Assembly: GCF_018977255.1 (NCBI RefSeq)
Contig: NW_024705567.1
Coordinates: forward strand, 1-34,260
Length of the DNA: 34,260 nucleotides
Source of the DNA: Callorhinchus milii
Taxonomy: Eukaryota
Direction: 5' to 3'
In this document: piece after piece, positions 1-12,511 of the stretch
Numbering within the stretch: the stretch's first letter is position 1
Layout: the number at the start of each line of letters is the position of its first letter
Position numbers and translations under genes: made by a program
The notes under the pieces: model-generated
Seen by the model: only the letters and a program-made list of their open reading frames with translations
Told to the model about the DNA's origin: nothing
Databases searched by the model: none

Positions 1-17
1 AACTGGACTCCCATGGT

Positions 18-114
18 CAGGGGTGGGCAACCAACATAACAAGAAGAGACTTTTTTTCGAATTTCAAGAGCCCGCACGGCAGTCCTTAAAGGAGCCGCGG
101 GTTGCCGACCGCTG
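18..114. mobile_element. Degenerate short hAT (Charlie-like) MITE, same family as 6741-6900
   Basis: Ends CAGGGGTGGGCAACC ... GGTTGCCGACCGCTG; shares internal aagagcc motifs with 6741-6900; TSD not preserved. Confidence 0.7.
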
Positions 115-438
115 GCTATCGCTGCTTCAGCGAGTGCAGTGTCGACGCATGGTCGTGTGCAGTAATTTGTGAAGACCTGGTCCGAGTTCCAGCACGTTTC
201 TTCGTTGCCGTCGAACAGATGCTTCTTGCCGAACTGTTTCCCGTCTCGATTCAGAACGGAGCTCACCCTGATTAGGGACACAAGAGACAAAGATCCTCCC
301 TGTATAGCCTTAAACGCAAGGGTGGCACAGCGGGTTTTTTTTACAATCGGGTTTAATTGTGTTTTTATATTAAACCCGATCATCTGAGATTGGAGAAATC
401 CGGTTTAATTGGTTCTAATTGCAGAACCGCACTTCGCC

Positions 439-555
439 AACTTCTCAACGATGGGCTTCATCCATTCCAAGCTGAGGAACTCACTGGCGCCCACGATTGT
501 GGAGAAGCTCGTGTTCATCAAGACCAACCTGCCCGCCGCATTCTACGACTACCCC
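439..555 (+). pseudogene. hAT transposase C-terminal dimerisation-domain fragment (NFSTMGFIHSKLRNSLAPTIVEKLVFIKTNLPAAFYDYP)
   Basis: Matches the hAT dimerisation pattern (ER)xFSxxxxxxxxxRxxLxxxxvekLxf; isolated inside TIR-bounded DNA. Confidence 0.85.
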
Positions 556-710
556 GTGCCCGACGGCCCCCGAGTACGACAGCAGCACCAACGACGAAGC
601 AGCCTAAGCCTTGGATCAGAGTTTCGTATTCATTAAACCAGGTTTTAACCCCGAAATCGGGTTTAATTGTATTAAAGAAAAAATTAACCCGTAAAAACAA
701 AGTTTTTCAC

Positions 711-1012
711 TATAAATCCTTTATATGCGTGGCGGCTAGAGTCCTCTCGTCCTCTGGCTTGAGATGGCTGCCACCTATGGGTCAGATGATTGCCTGCCAC
801 CATTTAACAATTGGTAATTAAATATAATTTATTTTTTCCTAAAAAGTGTAAATTTTGGAAAAATTTCACGAAATAAATTGTCACGCACAACGAGTCTGTG
901 TGCAAAATGTCAGCTCGATTGGATCACGGGAAGTGGGTTAAAAAACGACCGAAAGATTTGCACGGTCGTAAGCGCGCAAGCAAGCAAGTGAACTTAATAT
1001 AAAGGATTTTAA
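711..1012. mobile_element. Non-autonomous element with 13-bp inverted ends (Helentron-associated/DINE-like or MITE), nested in the hAT
   Basis: aaatcctttatat (714-726) and atataaaggattt (997-1009) are perfect inverted repeats; internal tgtgcaaaatgtcagctcgattgg and (gcaa)n microsatellite near the right end; interrupts the hAT right subterminal region. Confidence 0.6.
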
Positions 1013-4000
1013 AAAACCCGATACCGCTATTTTTCCACCCATGTGGCAACGGACTGTTGGGGCAAGTGCAGTTCGCGAGCGCCTACGAGGGGGGGGGGGC
1101 TTAGGGTTTAGCAGCAACGCCCGGCCGCCTTTGTCTCCCGAGTGTTTATATTTACACACCGCGCCAGCTACTCATTTCAGGCTGAGTCGACCTAGGGGAG
1201 GCCCAGCATTGGTTCATGGGATAGACTTTGTATGCCACCCTAATGACCACAAGTCATAATACACTAATAGAAAATACACAGTGGCCCTCAAAGGAACATT
1301 ATAAACAGGCGGATTCATAGCAAACGTGTAACCTTCCTGATTATACATGTCAGTTCACAACTTTATATTTTAATGTTTTCCCCTTTCCTGTTTATGAAGT
1401 TCATAGTTCCGTTTGCGAAAGCCTAGTTGTTTTTACCCGCACAGAATTGCAGCCTCTATCAATCCACTCCATCCAAAAGTTCAACCACGTGCCAACAACG
1501 TTGGCATGAAGGTAAGACAGGGGGGACAGGACTGGTTTAGGACACAGCCATGGCCTGGAATCGAACTCTGGTGGCCTGGGTTCACAGCGCAGTGCGCTAA
1601 ACCGCACCTCCGATGAGCACAGTTGGCTAAGTACGGTGCGAAAGAAGCTCAACATACGGTACATAACATAAATCACTGCGAGACCGCCACAACAATGTAG
1701 TAAAAAATAACGTACCAGACTAACAAAGTTGCACGGTAGTCATAACGTTAATATGACTGTCAATGTGCAACTCAAGCCGCATGTATCTTAAAGTTAAAAT
1801 GTCTCCCTGCTTAAACAACCGCCGGGGACTTTGAGCCAGTGGTGGAAATTCCACATTCCGATGGCAGGGGCCAGTCCGACCGTCAACGCACACGCACGCG
1901 GATTACTGGGCGATTTGGTCGTACGTGATTATAACTTAACGACTTTGTTTTACATAAGCGTATAGAGTTGCTCGTTTTAATGAACATGCAGCGATACAAT
2001 TAATAGAATAAACCCGCACGTGCATTTATTAATTTATATATTACCGGCACGATGTGCTTTCGCAAACCAGTGAAGACGTCATGCCAGCCACGTGCAGTTG
2101 AACCCGGGCGCGCTTCCGCATTCATTAACATAATTTATGTAATTACATGTTAATGAGGGGGGGGTCACCGTGCAAAAGCATTGCAGTCGCCACGCCCTTT
2201 ATGTTAATTATATGATAATATATTCACAATACGAGCGCCTACGTCACGCACGCGCGCTCGACCAATGAGAAGCCACCCGTTCCGATCTGTTGTACACATT
2301 CTAAAGCCGCGTTCCCTGTGCCATCTATGAAATGTGAGACGTACAGTTAATTAAACCTTAATTATCTGGCGCTGTCTTTATTTTATGAACTGTTGCGTTT
2401 TAACAGCAGTGACGGGCTTTGCGATGTTAACGCAAGTAACATTTAACGAATGCACTTTGATGAGTGAAAAGTATCACGAATTGCAACGTTAATTGTTGCA
2501 ATGAATGATATTAGATGCGTTGTAATCAATACGGTTCTGATGTCAATGCCACGTGACTTTGGTAGTACTGCATCATTATTATACTCTACAGTACGTGTAC
2601 TGTAGAGTATAGTACGTGTACTGTAGAGTGGAAAATGTTAAATGTTAACAGCTCCGATGTAGGAAATGGATTTTGACCTTTTTCCTCTGCATGAAAAACA
2701 TGTCACGTTAATAAAATATATATTTTTCAGATCAATTCGCAGCCGGCCAGTATAAATTGACAACATCGTTAACATAAAATCGCGTGCGTTGCGAGAAATG
2801 TATTAACAATGTGGCACGGTGCGAAGGCTGTCGACGATTATTGTCAAACGAAGGTTAATTGCCCATTGATGATTACCCAAATGCTCTCTCCAAAACGATA
2901 CCAACTCGAAACACCGCCCCACCACCATCCCATTTGAATGCCAACGATTCCAACCTCCTCAAACCCCCGCCCTTGTCGGATATTTCCCACAAAAGCTCCG
3001 AGCAATCACGAACAAGTCGTCGTCGACGCGGACGAGAGAAAAGGCGATTTGACATAAATTTGACACGCGGGGGCCGCCTTGCCCTATCCGCTCTACGTAT
3101 TGCAATTGCACGTAGAGCCCGGTGCCTATCGGCGGTGGGAAATGCAATCGCGGCATTCGTATTGAGTTAACGGCGGAGCTTGTCCGCGCTGGTTTCAAGA
3201 CGAAATCTTCCTCATTGATCGTTTGCGATTGCGATTGCGAGCGATAGAGAGAGAGAAAAAATGTTTAGACAACAACACGTCAAGTAATTACTTCTTTGCT
3301 CGTGTCCACCTTTTTAAAGAAAGGCTCCGTCCCACGGCTGCTGTGTTACAAGTCCGGTAAGTGTGGCGTGGCGTGTTCGTGTTTTAATGTCACTGAGATA
3401 TTTCGCGTGGACGATCACCATGCCCCTTGCTGCTGCTGTTGTCTGTATAACCACACACACACAATGAATGCATCGGTGTGGGTTTGCCTTGCCATGGGCC
3501 ATGTGCCATCATCATTGTTTCGTGGCAATGTTGTAATTTTAATTTAGAAATGTTACATGGCTTGTATGTGACACCGGGTTTTTTTTGCCCCCCATCATTT
3601 CTGAGAAAATGTACAGGCTTTTGTTGTAACGCAATTGAAATGGGTTTATGTGTAAATGTTATAGCGTGCGTTGTATGACCTACGTTATACAGCATATATG
3701 ATTGTGGCAAGCGTGTACACCGATGTGTTCACTGTGTATTGTCACATTGTATGATTGTTGATGTAGTACACGTGCAGACAGAGCTCTATCCACTGCTGAA
3801 TGAGGTTGTTTTTGGGGCCATGCATAGATTTTGGAGCGGTGCAGTACAACATGTTTATTCTGTGCTGTAGGGTTATAGTATCGTAGTGTGTTTTGAAATA
3901 TTTGAAATGTTTTTATCGTGTATATATAGAATATGATTACAATTTAAGTACATTGTATTGAAATGGCTCTGGTTATCCACAACTGTACACAAGACACTAT

Positions 4001-4230
4001 CACCGTAACACGTGCAGCCTTTGTATAAATCCACTGCTGGATGAAGGTTTCCCGCATTACATTTGAGTGGTGGGGATTAGTTTGGGCCATGCTTCACCAG
4101 TGATGGTTGTAAATACTATACAGGCACCCCTCCCCGCCATAGTAATGTGGAATGTCCAGCTTATTAGATGACGTAACTTGCTTATTTGCAATTTATGCTG
4201 GCCCCATACTATATGGGGTAGAGTATTATT

Positions 4231-4469
4231 TGTTTTTTTCGGTAAAGTCACGTAGTTAAAAAATCAAATAAAAATTAATGAAAAAACAACTGTGATTGAA
4301 TTCAGTTGTTTTTTCATTTATTTTATTTTTTAACTATACATAAATGAAAAACAACTGTGATTTAATTCAGTTTTTTTATTTATTTGTATTTTATTTTTTA
4401 ACTAGGTGACTTTACCGAAAAAAACAACGAGTATGAATCCTTGCAGTCACGAAAACTTCAAATCTAGAA
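4231..4469 (+). mobile_element. PLE-terminal-repeat foldback element (no hammerhead; AT-rich palindromic core)
   Basis: ttcggtaaagtcacgtag ... ctaggtgactttaccgaa inverted arms plus 3' tail gaatccttgcagtcacgaaaacttcaaatctagaa. Confidence 0.8.
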
Positions 4470-5646
4470 TTATTCTTAACACGGTTCAGTACCGTATAGA
4501 CTATGTACGTATCGAGTACTTATTGTAGCACACTAATGTATGCGGTTAACATTGGCGTTTGAAGGTTTATAGTTGGAATAGTTATTGCTGTAATTATTAT
4601 GATCACGTTTGGTAGCAGCATATGTTTGACAATACTTACACGTGAATACACGTTCTACATAATTAAACTGTAGGCGTCCTATGGGCGTGATTGGCGCTGC
4701 CATAGTAATGTGGAATTTCCCGAGCGAGCTCATGGCCGGCAATGTAATCAGTGCCACCCTCATGAACTCCTTTGAGCAGGGAAACTAATCTTCACACACA
4801 CGTAACTTGTGCATCCTGTAAGCGGTTACGAGTATTACCAAGTCTAATGGCTAAATTAACAGAAACTCAACACATTAATCGGTAACACTGCCACAAGATT
4901 TTTAAAATATATATAGGTAGGCGACGTTTCGGGCAATGACCCTTCATCATAGCACATAAATAGCGAGGCCAGAGAAATAGAGTGATTAGGGTTGGAGGAT
5001 TCACTTAACACCATTGGGGACGAATGAATTACGTTTAAAATATATATTTTCTGATAACCCAGTTTTTTATTTTTATGTATGAATAATGTAGTTACCTAAT
5101 AGGAGCTGCTGAGTAAACGGACAGACGCATCAACGATCAAAAGTATCACTACCAAATGCAGCAATTTATATGAAAAGTTAAATTATTTAAATGTTTGCTG
5201 GCACCGTTGAATTGTGGGAAGGTAATTTCCCGTGAGTTACTGTGCCCAATACGTCTCTGCGATGGGGTTGTGTGTTAATGCCACCAAGTTACACCATCAC
5301 CACTTCCTTCTGCCAGATCCCACAGATGTTTCATAGTTGACGCCCAACCCAAGGACCGCTGTTACAGTCTCATCGTCATCCTCGCCGCCATCTGCCTTTA
5401 GCTCTTCTCCATGTGACACTGTCAACGCATCCTTCAAGGATCTCACTCTCACAGTCTCATTATCATTTCCACCATCTGGCTTTTATGTCTTGCCCTTCGT
5501 CACCGACGCGTGGGTGCCGCCACTCCAGTGCCCGTCTCGGTCACCTGCCGTCCTCCGCCCTGCACACGAGGCCCCACCCATCGCAAACCTTCTCTACCCC
5601 CTAGTTACATCTAACACAGTGGCCTTTATTGCAAGGGCCTCGTGGT

Positions 5647-6018
5647 CAGAGGTCGCAATCGGGTACCCGATACCCGGCTACCCGTACCCGGCCGGGTACG
5701 GGTAGCCGGGTACGGGTACCCGTTTGCGACCCTGGTGCAGCCGGGTACGGGTAGGCCGTGAGTCACTTGTGAGTAACCGTTTGTCACTCATTTCCCAACG
5801 TCTTGTCTCTTCTCACAATTCAAGTTCCTAGAATCAACCCACCCGCGCCTGCAACATGGCTTCATCCCAGAGGCCGCAATCGGGCTCCCGTACCCTACCC
5901 GATACCCGGCCGGGTACGGGTAGCCGGGTATCGGGTAGGGTACGGGTACCCGTTTGCGACCCTGGTGCGGCCGGGTACGGGTACAGGTAAGGAATCAACC
6001 CCCCGTTTGCGACCTCTG
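5647..6018. mobile_element. hAT MITE with GGGTAC/GTACCC subterminal repeats
   Basis: TIR CAGAGGTCGCAA / TTGCGACCTCTG; perfect 8-bp TSD ctcgtggt (5639-5646, 6019-6026). Confidence 0.92.
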
Positions 6019-6740
6019 CTCGTGGTCCACCGGTGGCCGCTGGTGGCCTTTAGTGTGGCCCCAGACGTGCGGCCCCTGACAATTCACAATATGTGAAGAC
6101 CCACTCCCCATCATTGTCGTGCTGCTGTCAAACCCAACAATCGTTTAAAATGTGTGGAGGCCCACAGACTGATGATATCTAATTGGCGAAAGTGGCCCAC
6201 CCTCTGAAAATTAGTGAAGGACACTGCTCTCGCGTGTTTTCCTCCGAAGCCCTTTTCCAAATTTCCAAGTCTTTTTCTTTTAGCCTGTCGTTCAGTCGAT
6301 ATATATAAGTGGAAACAAGACAAGAGTAGTTCACAAACTGGCATGGAAATTGGGCCATCTCCAGTTTATAGACCTGAGGCCTGCGGTGGAAATTCCACGT
6401 TCCCGTTACTGGGGTTCGAGTCGCTGGCATATGGCATCTACCGTACGACGTCGCGTATCTGACCATCGCACATCCTCCCTGGGCCAACGAACCGGCCACA
6501 CCCAATGCATTATATGTACGTGGTGTATAACTAATTTTGTCAAATCTGACCTTTTCACAAACGGTAATTTGATCTTATAATCGCTTATATTTGTCTCCTT
6601 TTAAAGCACAGTGAAGCAATGTCCACGTTTAAAACTGTTTTTGCTTTTATTTTGTTCTGTAACCTATTTGTTACACGGTGCTTGTAACTCATTGTCTATA
6701 GAAGTTCACATATATGACCCTTTCAACTGTCCGCCTATAC

Positions 6741-6900
6741 CAGGGTCGGCAACCAAAATAACAAAAAGAGCCATTTCTTTCCAATTCGGTACAAAATTCA
6801 GTATTTCAAGAGCCGCAATGCATCTGAGTACGTACTCATCGTCAAGAAGCAGCCCGTAAAGAGCCGCATGCGCTCCGGAGCCGTAGGTTGCCGACCCCTG
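6741..6900. mobile_element. hAT (Charlie-like) MITE
   Basis: TIR CAGGGTCGGCAACC / GGTTGCCGACCCCTG; perfect 8-bp TSD gcctatac (6733-6740, 6901-6908). Confidence 0.92.
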
Positions 6901-7379
6901 GCCTATACCTAAGTCACTAGGGAGTTGGATATATACGATGTCGTACTGTACAAGCAAGCAGTCAGTTAAAAAAATACGGAGAGCCATTGTGCTTGTATGA
7001 ATGCCTACCGCTATCCGACTTGCATGGGTCAGCTGTCGTTAATACCCGTAGCGTATGCATTTTATTAAATAAGAGCTGCACTTGAAAACTCAGTGGCCAG
7101 GCGAGGAATTTTACAGCTTGTCAATGTTTCATAAGCCGGGTTTGAAAACAGTAACTGAACAGCGTCCATAAACCTACAGTAAGAAGAACTCGTTGATGCG
7201 AAATTTGTGAGTTGTCACGAACTAGGATGCGCTTAAACTATAGCACATCATCATCATCATGTATGATGTATTCACTGCTAGATAAAGATATTTCCAAGCC
7301 ACCCCCGTCTCAACTATCTACTCATCTCTTGCACAGTGGCCGATTTTCATCGCTGCATCGCCGCTCGTGGTAGATGTGA

Positions 7380-7659
7380 ATTTGTTCGTTAAGTCCAACT
7401 TTTACGCCTACCGATTCCAAACATGTTGTACGGCGTAGACACTAAACACGGTGAATGGCTTTAAAAGTTGTATAATCTCCTGTAGATATAGATGCCACTG
7501 GTTCTTCATGTTCTACAGATGTAGATTCCACCACCACCATCAATTGCGCGGCAGTTGAACTTGTGACTCTCGATCCGAACAGGCAACTGGACATATGGAC
7601 AGGTTTGTTCGTATTTCTGAAAGTTCGTAAGTCAAATGTTCATTAGTAGAGGAGTCCCT
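7380..7659 (-). mobile_element. Partial inverted copy of the Tigger/pogo-like MITE at 26882-27215
   Basis: Reverse-complement similarity across gaacaggcaactggacata, ttaaaagttgtataatctcctgt and terminal agtagaggagtccc. Confidence 0.8.
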
Positions 7660-8073
7660 TCTCATTGGAATGTTTCCTTCTATATTATTCGGTTAATTTT
7701 TCCAAAAAAGGACTCCAACCTGCTCTCACCTGCCTCTCGAGTTCAACTTTGATCCCATTCCACCATCACGAACTGCCCTAGCGTGTAAGCACTCCACTGT
7801 GTTTTGCAGTTGTGTGTCCCTCCAATGCACGTGCTAAATTGACGCGTTGGATGTAACTTTGTTTTGTTAAGCCTGAGTCTAATTTTGCAGCCTTCTATAT
7901 TAAGTTCTATCATTTCGCGTAATTAATTTTTGTCTATTTGTGTTTAGCTTCATTATACTTACTTCTTCAGAACAACGTATATATTTTATCCATTAAGATC
8001 CCAATGCGTGACCCGACTGAAAAAGAGTTTTGGGACTTGGTTAAGATTTCAAAAAATGTCTTGCTGTAGTTTT

Positions 8074-8196
8074 CACACCTGATGGTGATTGCTTGTGTTG
8101 CAATCGAAACGTCGTGAGAATTTAACAGTTGTATTTTTATTATTTTATTATTTTATTATTTCCCTTCTACGTGACTTTACCGAAAGAACTGAGAAT
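8074..8196 (+). mobile_element. Single-arm PLE terminal repeat with degenerate hammerhead (CUGAUGG)
   Basis: cacac CTGATGG t gattgc ttgtgtt gcaatc GAAAC GTC gtgag ... ctacgtgactttaccgaaagaac. Confidence 0.75.
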
Positions 8197-8206
8197 ATAA
8201 TATAAT

Positions 8207-8640
8207 TAATGTATGTTGAACTTCTTTTGCACCGTACGTAGCCAACCATGCTAATCGGGGGGGGGGGGCGGTGGGGGCAAGTGGAAAGGACAAAAAACTA
8301 AACACAAAAATCAATTCCGAAGAAATTCGTTTTCAATCTTTGATAAAGGACAGAATATAACAAAGGACATTGGTTAGCAGCACACTGGACCCGCAATCCA
8401 GAAATCGCCAGTTCGATCTCCCGGCGCGGCAGTTGAAACAATGATGCAAGTTTCTTCAGTCGCTTCCGCCCATGTCCACCCAGCAGTATGAAAGGGGACA
8501 CCGATGAGTGTCGGGAGGTCGCGTGCGGTGGGGTAAAGTGTGGGTCGACACACCTCTTCCAAGACGTCTGACCAGCGAGGAATAGTGGGCCACAATGCTC
8601 TCTCGAGGGGGGTTCTCTCTCTCTCTTGAGAGAGCTCTCT
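8207..8640 (-). repeat. Interspersed repeat family X (probable LINE/SINE 3' end terminating in gtacggtgcgaaaaaagttcaacatac)
   Basis: Shared with 1597-1670, 15400-15801, 21250-21560 and 29490-29965; internal pieces also near 22280-22380 and 25870-25960. Confidence 0.7.
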
Positions 8641-9019
8641 AGTGGAGACACTATCCGTCAGCAGTGGCCCGAGTTGGAAGTTGCAGGGCTGCATCTCTTA
8701 CACACGCAGGGACTTAGCCCACGTGACTGTGTACATTGAGACTTTCAAGTTCATTTATTAGGTATAGCCCTGTGAGCCATTCGGCTCTTGAATCGGGTGC
8801 AACCGCAACAAACAAAAACATGAACAAGAAAACATCTTAAAGTGACTATGTGAGTATGTGCAAACTGAAAATCCAGGGGGAAAAAACTGCAAAAAATCCA
8901 GAAGAAAAGCACCGTACACCAACGCTGTGCGAAAATCCCAGTGGGATGCAAGTCAAACAACATGCGTCGACTGTTGAGACTGTGACTATTAGTGAGTACT
9001 TTTTTAAGGGCAGCACGGC

Positions 9020-9250
9020 CACGAGAGGGGTAGGCGTGGATGGCACACGCCCGGTCACCTTTGTCTCTCCAGTGGTGATATTTTTCACACCAGACCCCAG
9101 GGTGTACTCATTCACAGCTGAGCAAATTCAGGGGAGGGCCCATGTTACCTTCGGGTATCAATCACCATTCACGTGTTCCATGGCTGGGAATTGAACTCCA
9201 GTTGTCAGGTTTGTAGTGCGGTGTGCGAAACGTTGCACCACCACTTCCCA
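9020..9250 (-). mobile_element. Diverged tRNA-derived SINE (family 1 related)
   Basis: cacacgcccggtcacctttgtctctccagtgg..gtactcatt..gctgag and antisense B box gggaattgaactc. Confidence 0.65.
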
Positions 9251-9759
9251 AACCAATATACACATGGCTATATACACACACGCTTGGACGAACAATGCAT
9301 TATTGTCTGCGCTTCCAGGATGATTCATTGACGTTTTTTAATGATTAAGTATTGGTTTATTCTCTGTGTGAGAGTGTTGCTGACTTCCTTTTGACTGTAC
9401 AAGATAGAAAACCACAAGTTTAAGGAACACTGCATGGTTTCAAACTCACTAAGCAATGGCACAGACACCATCTACTTGCTGGCAGATGGTACATTTGCAT
9501 TACTGCTTCATGCAATACAGTATAGTAAGTATAATGTTTGGATTTATTGTTTTGCCTTTTCCCCAGTGTTATACCAATTGTGCTGTCTGCGTTGTGTCCT
9601 TTTAAGTAGTGTCCATTCACGCCCCAACTACGACCAGGCCTATCCCAACCCCTCCTTATCAATCCCTCTTGTTTTATTGCATCAAAACTACACTACGTAC
9701 AATAACCCAATTCTTCATTTGAAGTTTAACACGTAGGCTTTTGCGACCAATATTATTCA

Positions 9760-9960
9760 TAATCAACGTTTTTGGGTTTAGATCGCGTTATTTATAAATG
9801 TGTCGTAACCCTCCACCACCCGACACGGCCAATCAGTAAAAAATGTGTCACGTTGACAAAGACAAATAGTTCACTGCTTTAGCCCACCGGTGTGTTGAAG
9901 CCACAACATTTACAATTTGAGTACGACGTTTCGCTGGTAATTGCAACCAGCATCATCGGG
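9760..9960 (-). mobile_element. Second PLE-like terminal repeat family with degenerate hammerhead; another copy at 28345-28530
   Basis: Both copies share tttgggtt(t)agatcgcgt..gacac(g/a)gccaat..tttacaatttgagtacgacgtttcg. Minus strand reads CCGATGA t gctggt tgcaatt accagc GAAAC GTC. Confidence 0.65.
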
Positions 9961-11414
9961 CAATTCGCCAGAATGGTGAGGCTTTGCTGTGTCTCCCGTT
10001 CTTATATTATTAACATGCTATGTACAATTTTATAATTGCAGTAAAGCACCTTGGTAAAGGCGCTATATAAATCTCATTACGATAATAAGATAATGTAACT
10101 CTCACAGAGCAGTCCATTACCCTGTGGTAGAGAATGACCCCGTGGATAGTGATACTGTAGAAATAATTCTGAGATGCATTTAAGTGATCTCTTATCCTAA
10201 GTCGCAGCAATGTCTCACCCGCACTGCTAGAGATGTTCGTCACATAGCAATCCAAACAAAACTAATGTTTTAGATATGTAATCTGGATTTTATTTTTTCG
10301 AATTTAAGTGAAAGCTGAATTGAATGTGGTGTTTTTTTTAATTGTGCAGTCATTGGTCGTTGGGCTGAGATCATTAACTCGCTACATTATTGAACAAGGT
10401 TTAATCTTGGGTGGCTGAAACCAGGAATAGAAACCATAATTACTGTATTTGAAAGATGCTGACGCAGTTGGAGATATTTTGAAGGCTGTGTCGGCATAAT
10501 TTCAGACATCTACAACTGTAATCGGGGGCGAGAAAACACAGTCGGGTGAAAAGTACCAGGGTTTAGTAGCGTGGGATGTGAATAAGGAGGGTGATGAGTT
10601 TAGCAGCGCAGGGCAAAAAGGAGGGTGGCAACGTGAAAGTAGTTTATGCACTGCGCTGTCAACCTGGCAACTAGAAGTTTGATTCCTGACCAGAGTTATC
10701 ATCAGTAGCGAGTGACGTCTGAACTGGTCATGGGTGTACTCCTTCACCTACCCACACTGCCCAGTGTGGTGAAGTACAGTGAAACAACGCCCAACATGGC
10801 ATGGGGAGACCTTTAATTCAGCAGTGGATTGACGAAAGGGCTGGTAAATTATTTAACGCGAACCACGTTCTATAATTTTCACCAACGTATCGTTGGCAAC
10901 GCACAACGGCTATATAATTATCGCAATGTACCCTCATCCAGCAGTGGATTGACAAACGGGTTGTACGTGTACCTAGTCCACCTCCTTATCAGTCATAGCA
11001 GCCTTCCGAAAATAAAATAAATGAAAAAATTAGTTTTTCCATCTTGGCCTCCGCTACACAGTAGTGAGTGAGCAGGCCTTCACGTTGAAGGGTGAATGTT
11101 GGCATGTTGATTAGAATCGGCGGATAAGCGGTTTGCAAAAATATTACTTGTTACAGCTAATTCATCATGGGTAAAATTAACTATTCGTCTTAGAAGCACT
11201 CGCCTGAAACTCGCACTGGACAGAGCCAATATAATTTTGTCTTTCGTTATTTATTTGTATTTTTAACAGTAACAGCAGATAATAGACCCGCAGTATATGA
11301 ACATATCGATATGTACGGGGGGGGGGGGGGGGTGGATTTAGACCATCATCAGCAGTGACCTATGGAAAGAGAAGCCAAGAGAAGCATAGGAGAAAGAGCA
11401 GGGTAGGAGGGTAA

Positions 11415-11535
11415 TGATTTGACCATACTTCACCATGCTCGGCATTGCAGGTTGGTGAAGAAGGCGCCCCGGGACCGCTACAAATGTCACACGCCACTGA
11501 TGTTAGCCGTGGCAGGGAATTTAACTCAGGTTGCC
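11415..11535 (-). mobile_element. SINE family 2 fragment
   Basis: ttgaccatacttcacca..ccactgatgttagccgtggcagggaatttaactc is the reverse complement of the 16373-16570 copy; similar copy at 19836-19960. Confidence 0.65.
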
Positions 11536-11775
11536 AACTCCATAAGAGGCAAGGTGCTACCTCCATCTTTCTCCTTCGCACTCCTCCAACATCACACCCT
11601 GTACTGCCAAACCTCTTTGAAAGCTGGTGGGCCTGTCGCCCCCTCGGTGTGGAACTCTTATCCCTTTGCACATCCGCAACATCAAATGCACTCTGACTTC
11701 CAAGCAACATCTAAAGGTCTGTGTTGGGTCAGGCTTTTGAGCAGCCCTGAGCTTGGCTCCGCGCCTCCTTGAGTT

Positions 11776-11953
11776 ATACTCTTTGGTTCTTTCGGTAAAG
11801 TCATGTAGGTGAAAAAATAAAATTAAAATAAATTAATTAAATCACGACGTTTCGGGCGTAACACAAGCGCCCGTCATCAGGGGGACAACCACAGCAAGAA
11901 AACCAAAGAGTATGGTATGGTCCTTGCAGTCACGAAAACTTCAAATCTAGAAT
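11776..11953 (+). mobile_element. PLE foldback-type insertion with a minus-strand hammerhead core (11842-11880)
   Basis: 13-bp TSD gcctccttgagtt (11763-11775, 11954-11966); minus strand CTGATGA c gggcgc ttgtgtt acgccc GAAAC GTC; 3' tail present. Confidence 0.85.
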
Positions 11954-12511
11954 GCCTCCTTGAGTTGTTGACTTGTCTGCAAAATCTGGCTCTTGATCAA
12001 CGTCATTATTATTATAATACCAATGGGAGACCGAGTCATGTTGACGATGAGTCAATAAAGGGGTGCCCAGGTCCTCCTTTATTTTATTCACCGATCACTG
12101 ACACAACCATCTCCCCAATAAAGTGATGCACAGGTGAACGCCACTTATTTACGCCCCTATTACCTGCCGACTCCCACTAACCTCGGCTTCAAAATTACCC
12201 TTTTATCCGTGCCTCTCTTAATCCTATTATCCGTGATCTTTTATTACGTTATAAATATCTTTAAAAAATCAAGACAAAACAAAGAGAGGTAACGGTTTAG
12301 CACGATCATGCGTGCATATGCGTGGATTGTGCGTGGATTTCTGTTACACTGGGTCTCACTTTAGTACCCCAGAAGGATGATGGGTTGAGTCAACCCACAA
12401 TGAGGAATTGAACTTGCAACCTTCCGATTGCGAGCCACTCGCTCTCCCACTCAGCTACCTTGCCAGTTATACTGTACACAAATAAACATAAACACATACA
12501 TACAAAGACAC

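Larger units (their letters stand above)
317..1043 (+). mobile_element. Internally deleted hAT transposon inserted into a SINE
   Basis: Imperfect TIRs caagggtgg..agcgg / ccgct..ccacccatg; subterminal (t)cgggtttt/aaacccg repeats; carries a transposase fragment; interrupts a SINE (289-315 continues at about 1050). Confidence 0.7.
289..1210 (-). mobile_element. tRNA-derived SINE family 1, split by the hAT insertion (pieces 289-315 and about 1050-1210)
   Basis: aagatcctccctgtatagcctta continues as ggactgttggggcaagtgc..ggctgagtcgaccta, colinear with copies at 12512 and 32113. Confidence 0.75.

Noticed and set aside
5655..5990. CRISPR-like array
   Set aside because: No constant repeat with unique spacers; bounded by TIRs and an 8-bp TSD; eukaryotic context.
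7730..7800. Minus-strand donor CAG|gtgaga as the next DOCK3 exon
   Set aside because: No upstream frame resembles the expected DOCK3 continuation.
10694..10747. Possible minus-strand exon VKEYTHDQFRRHSLL
   Set aside because: The acceptor lacks a pyrimidine tract and abuts a SINE fragment; peptide not recognised.
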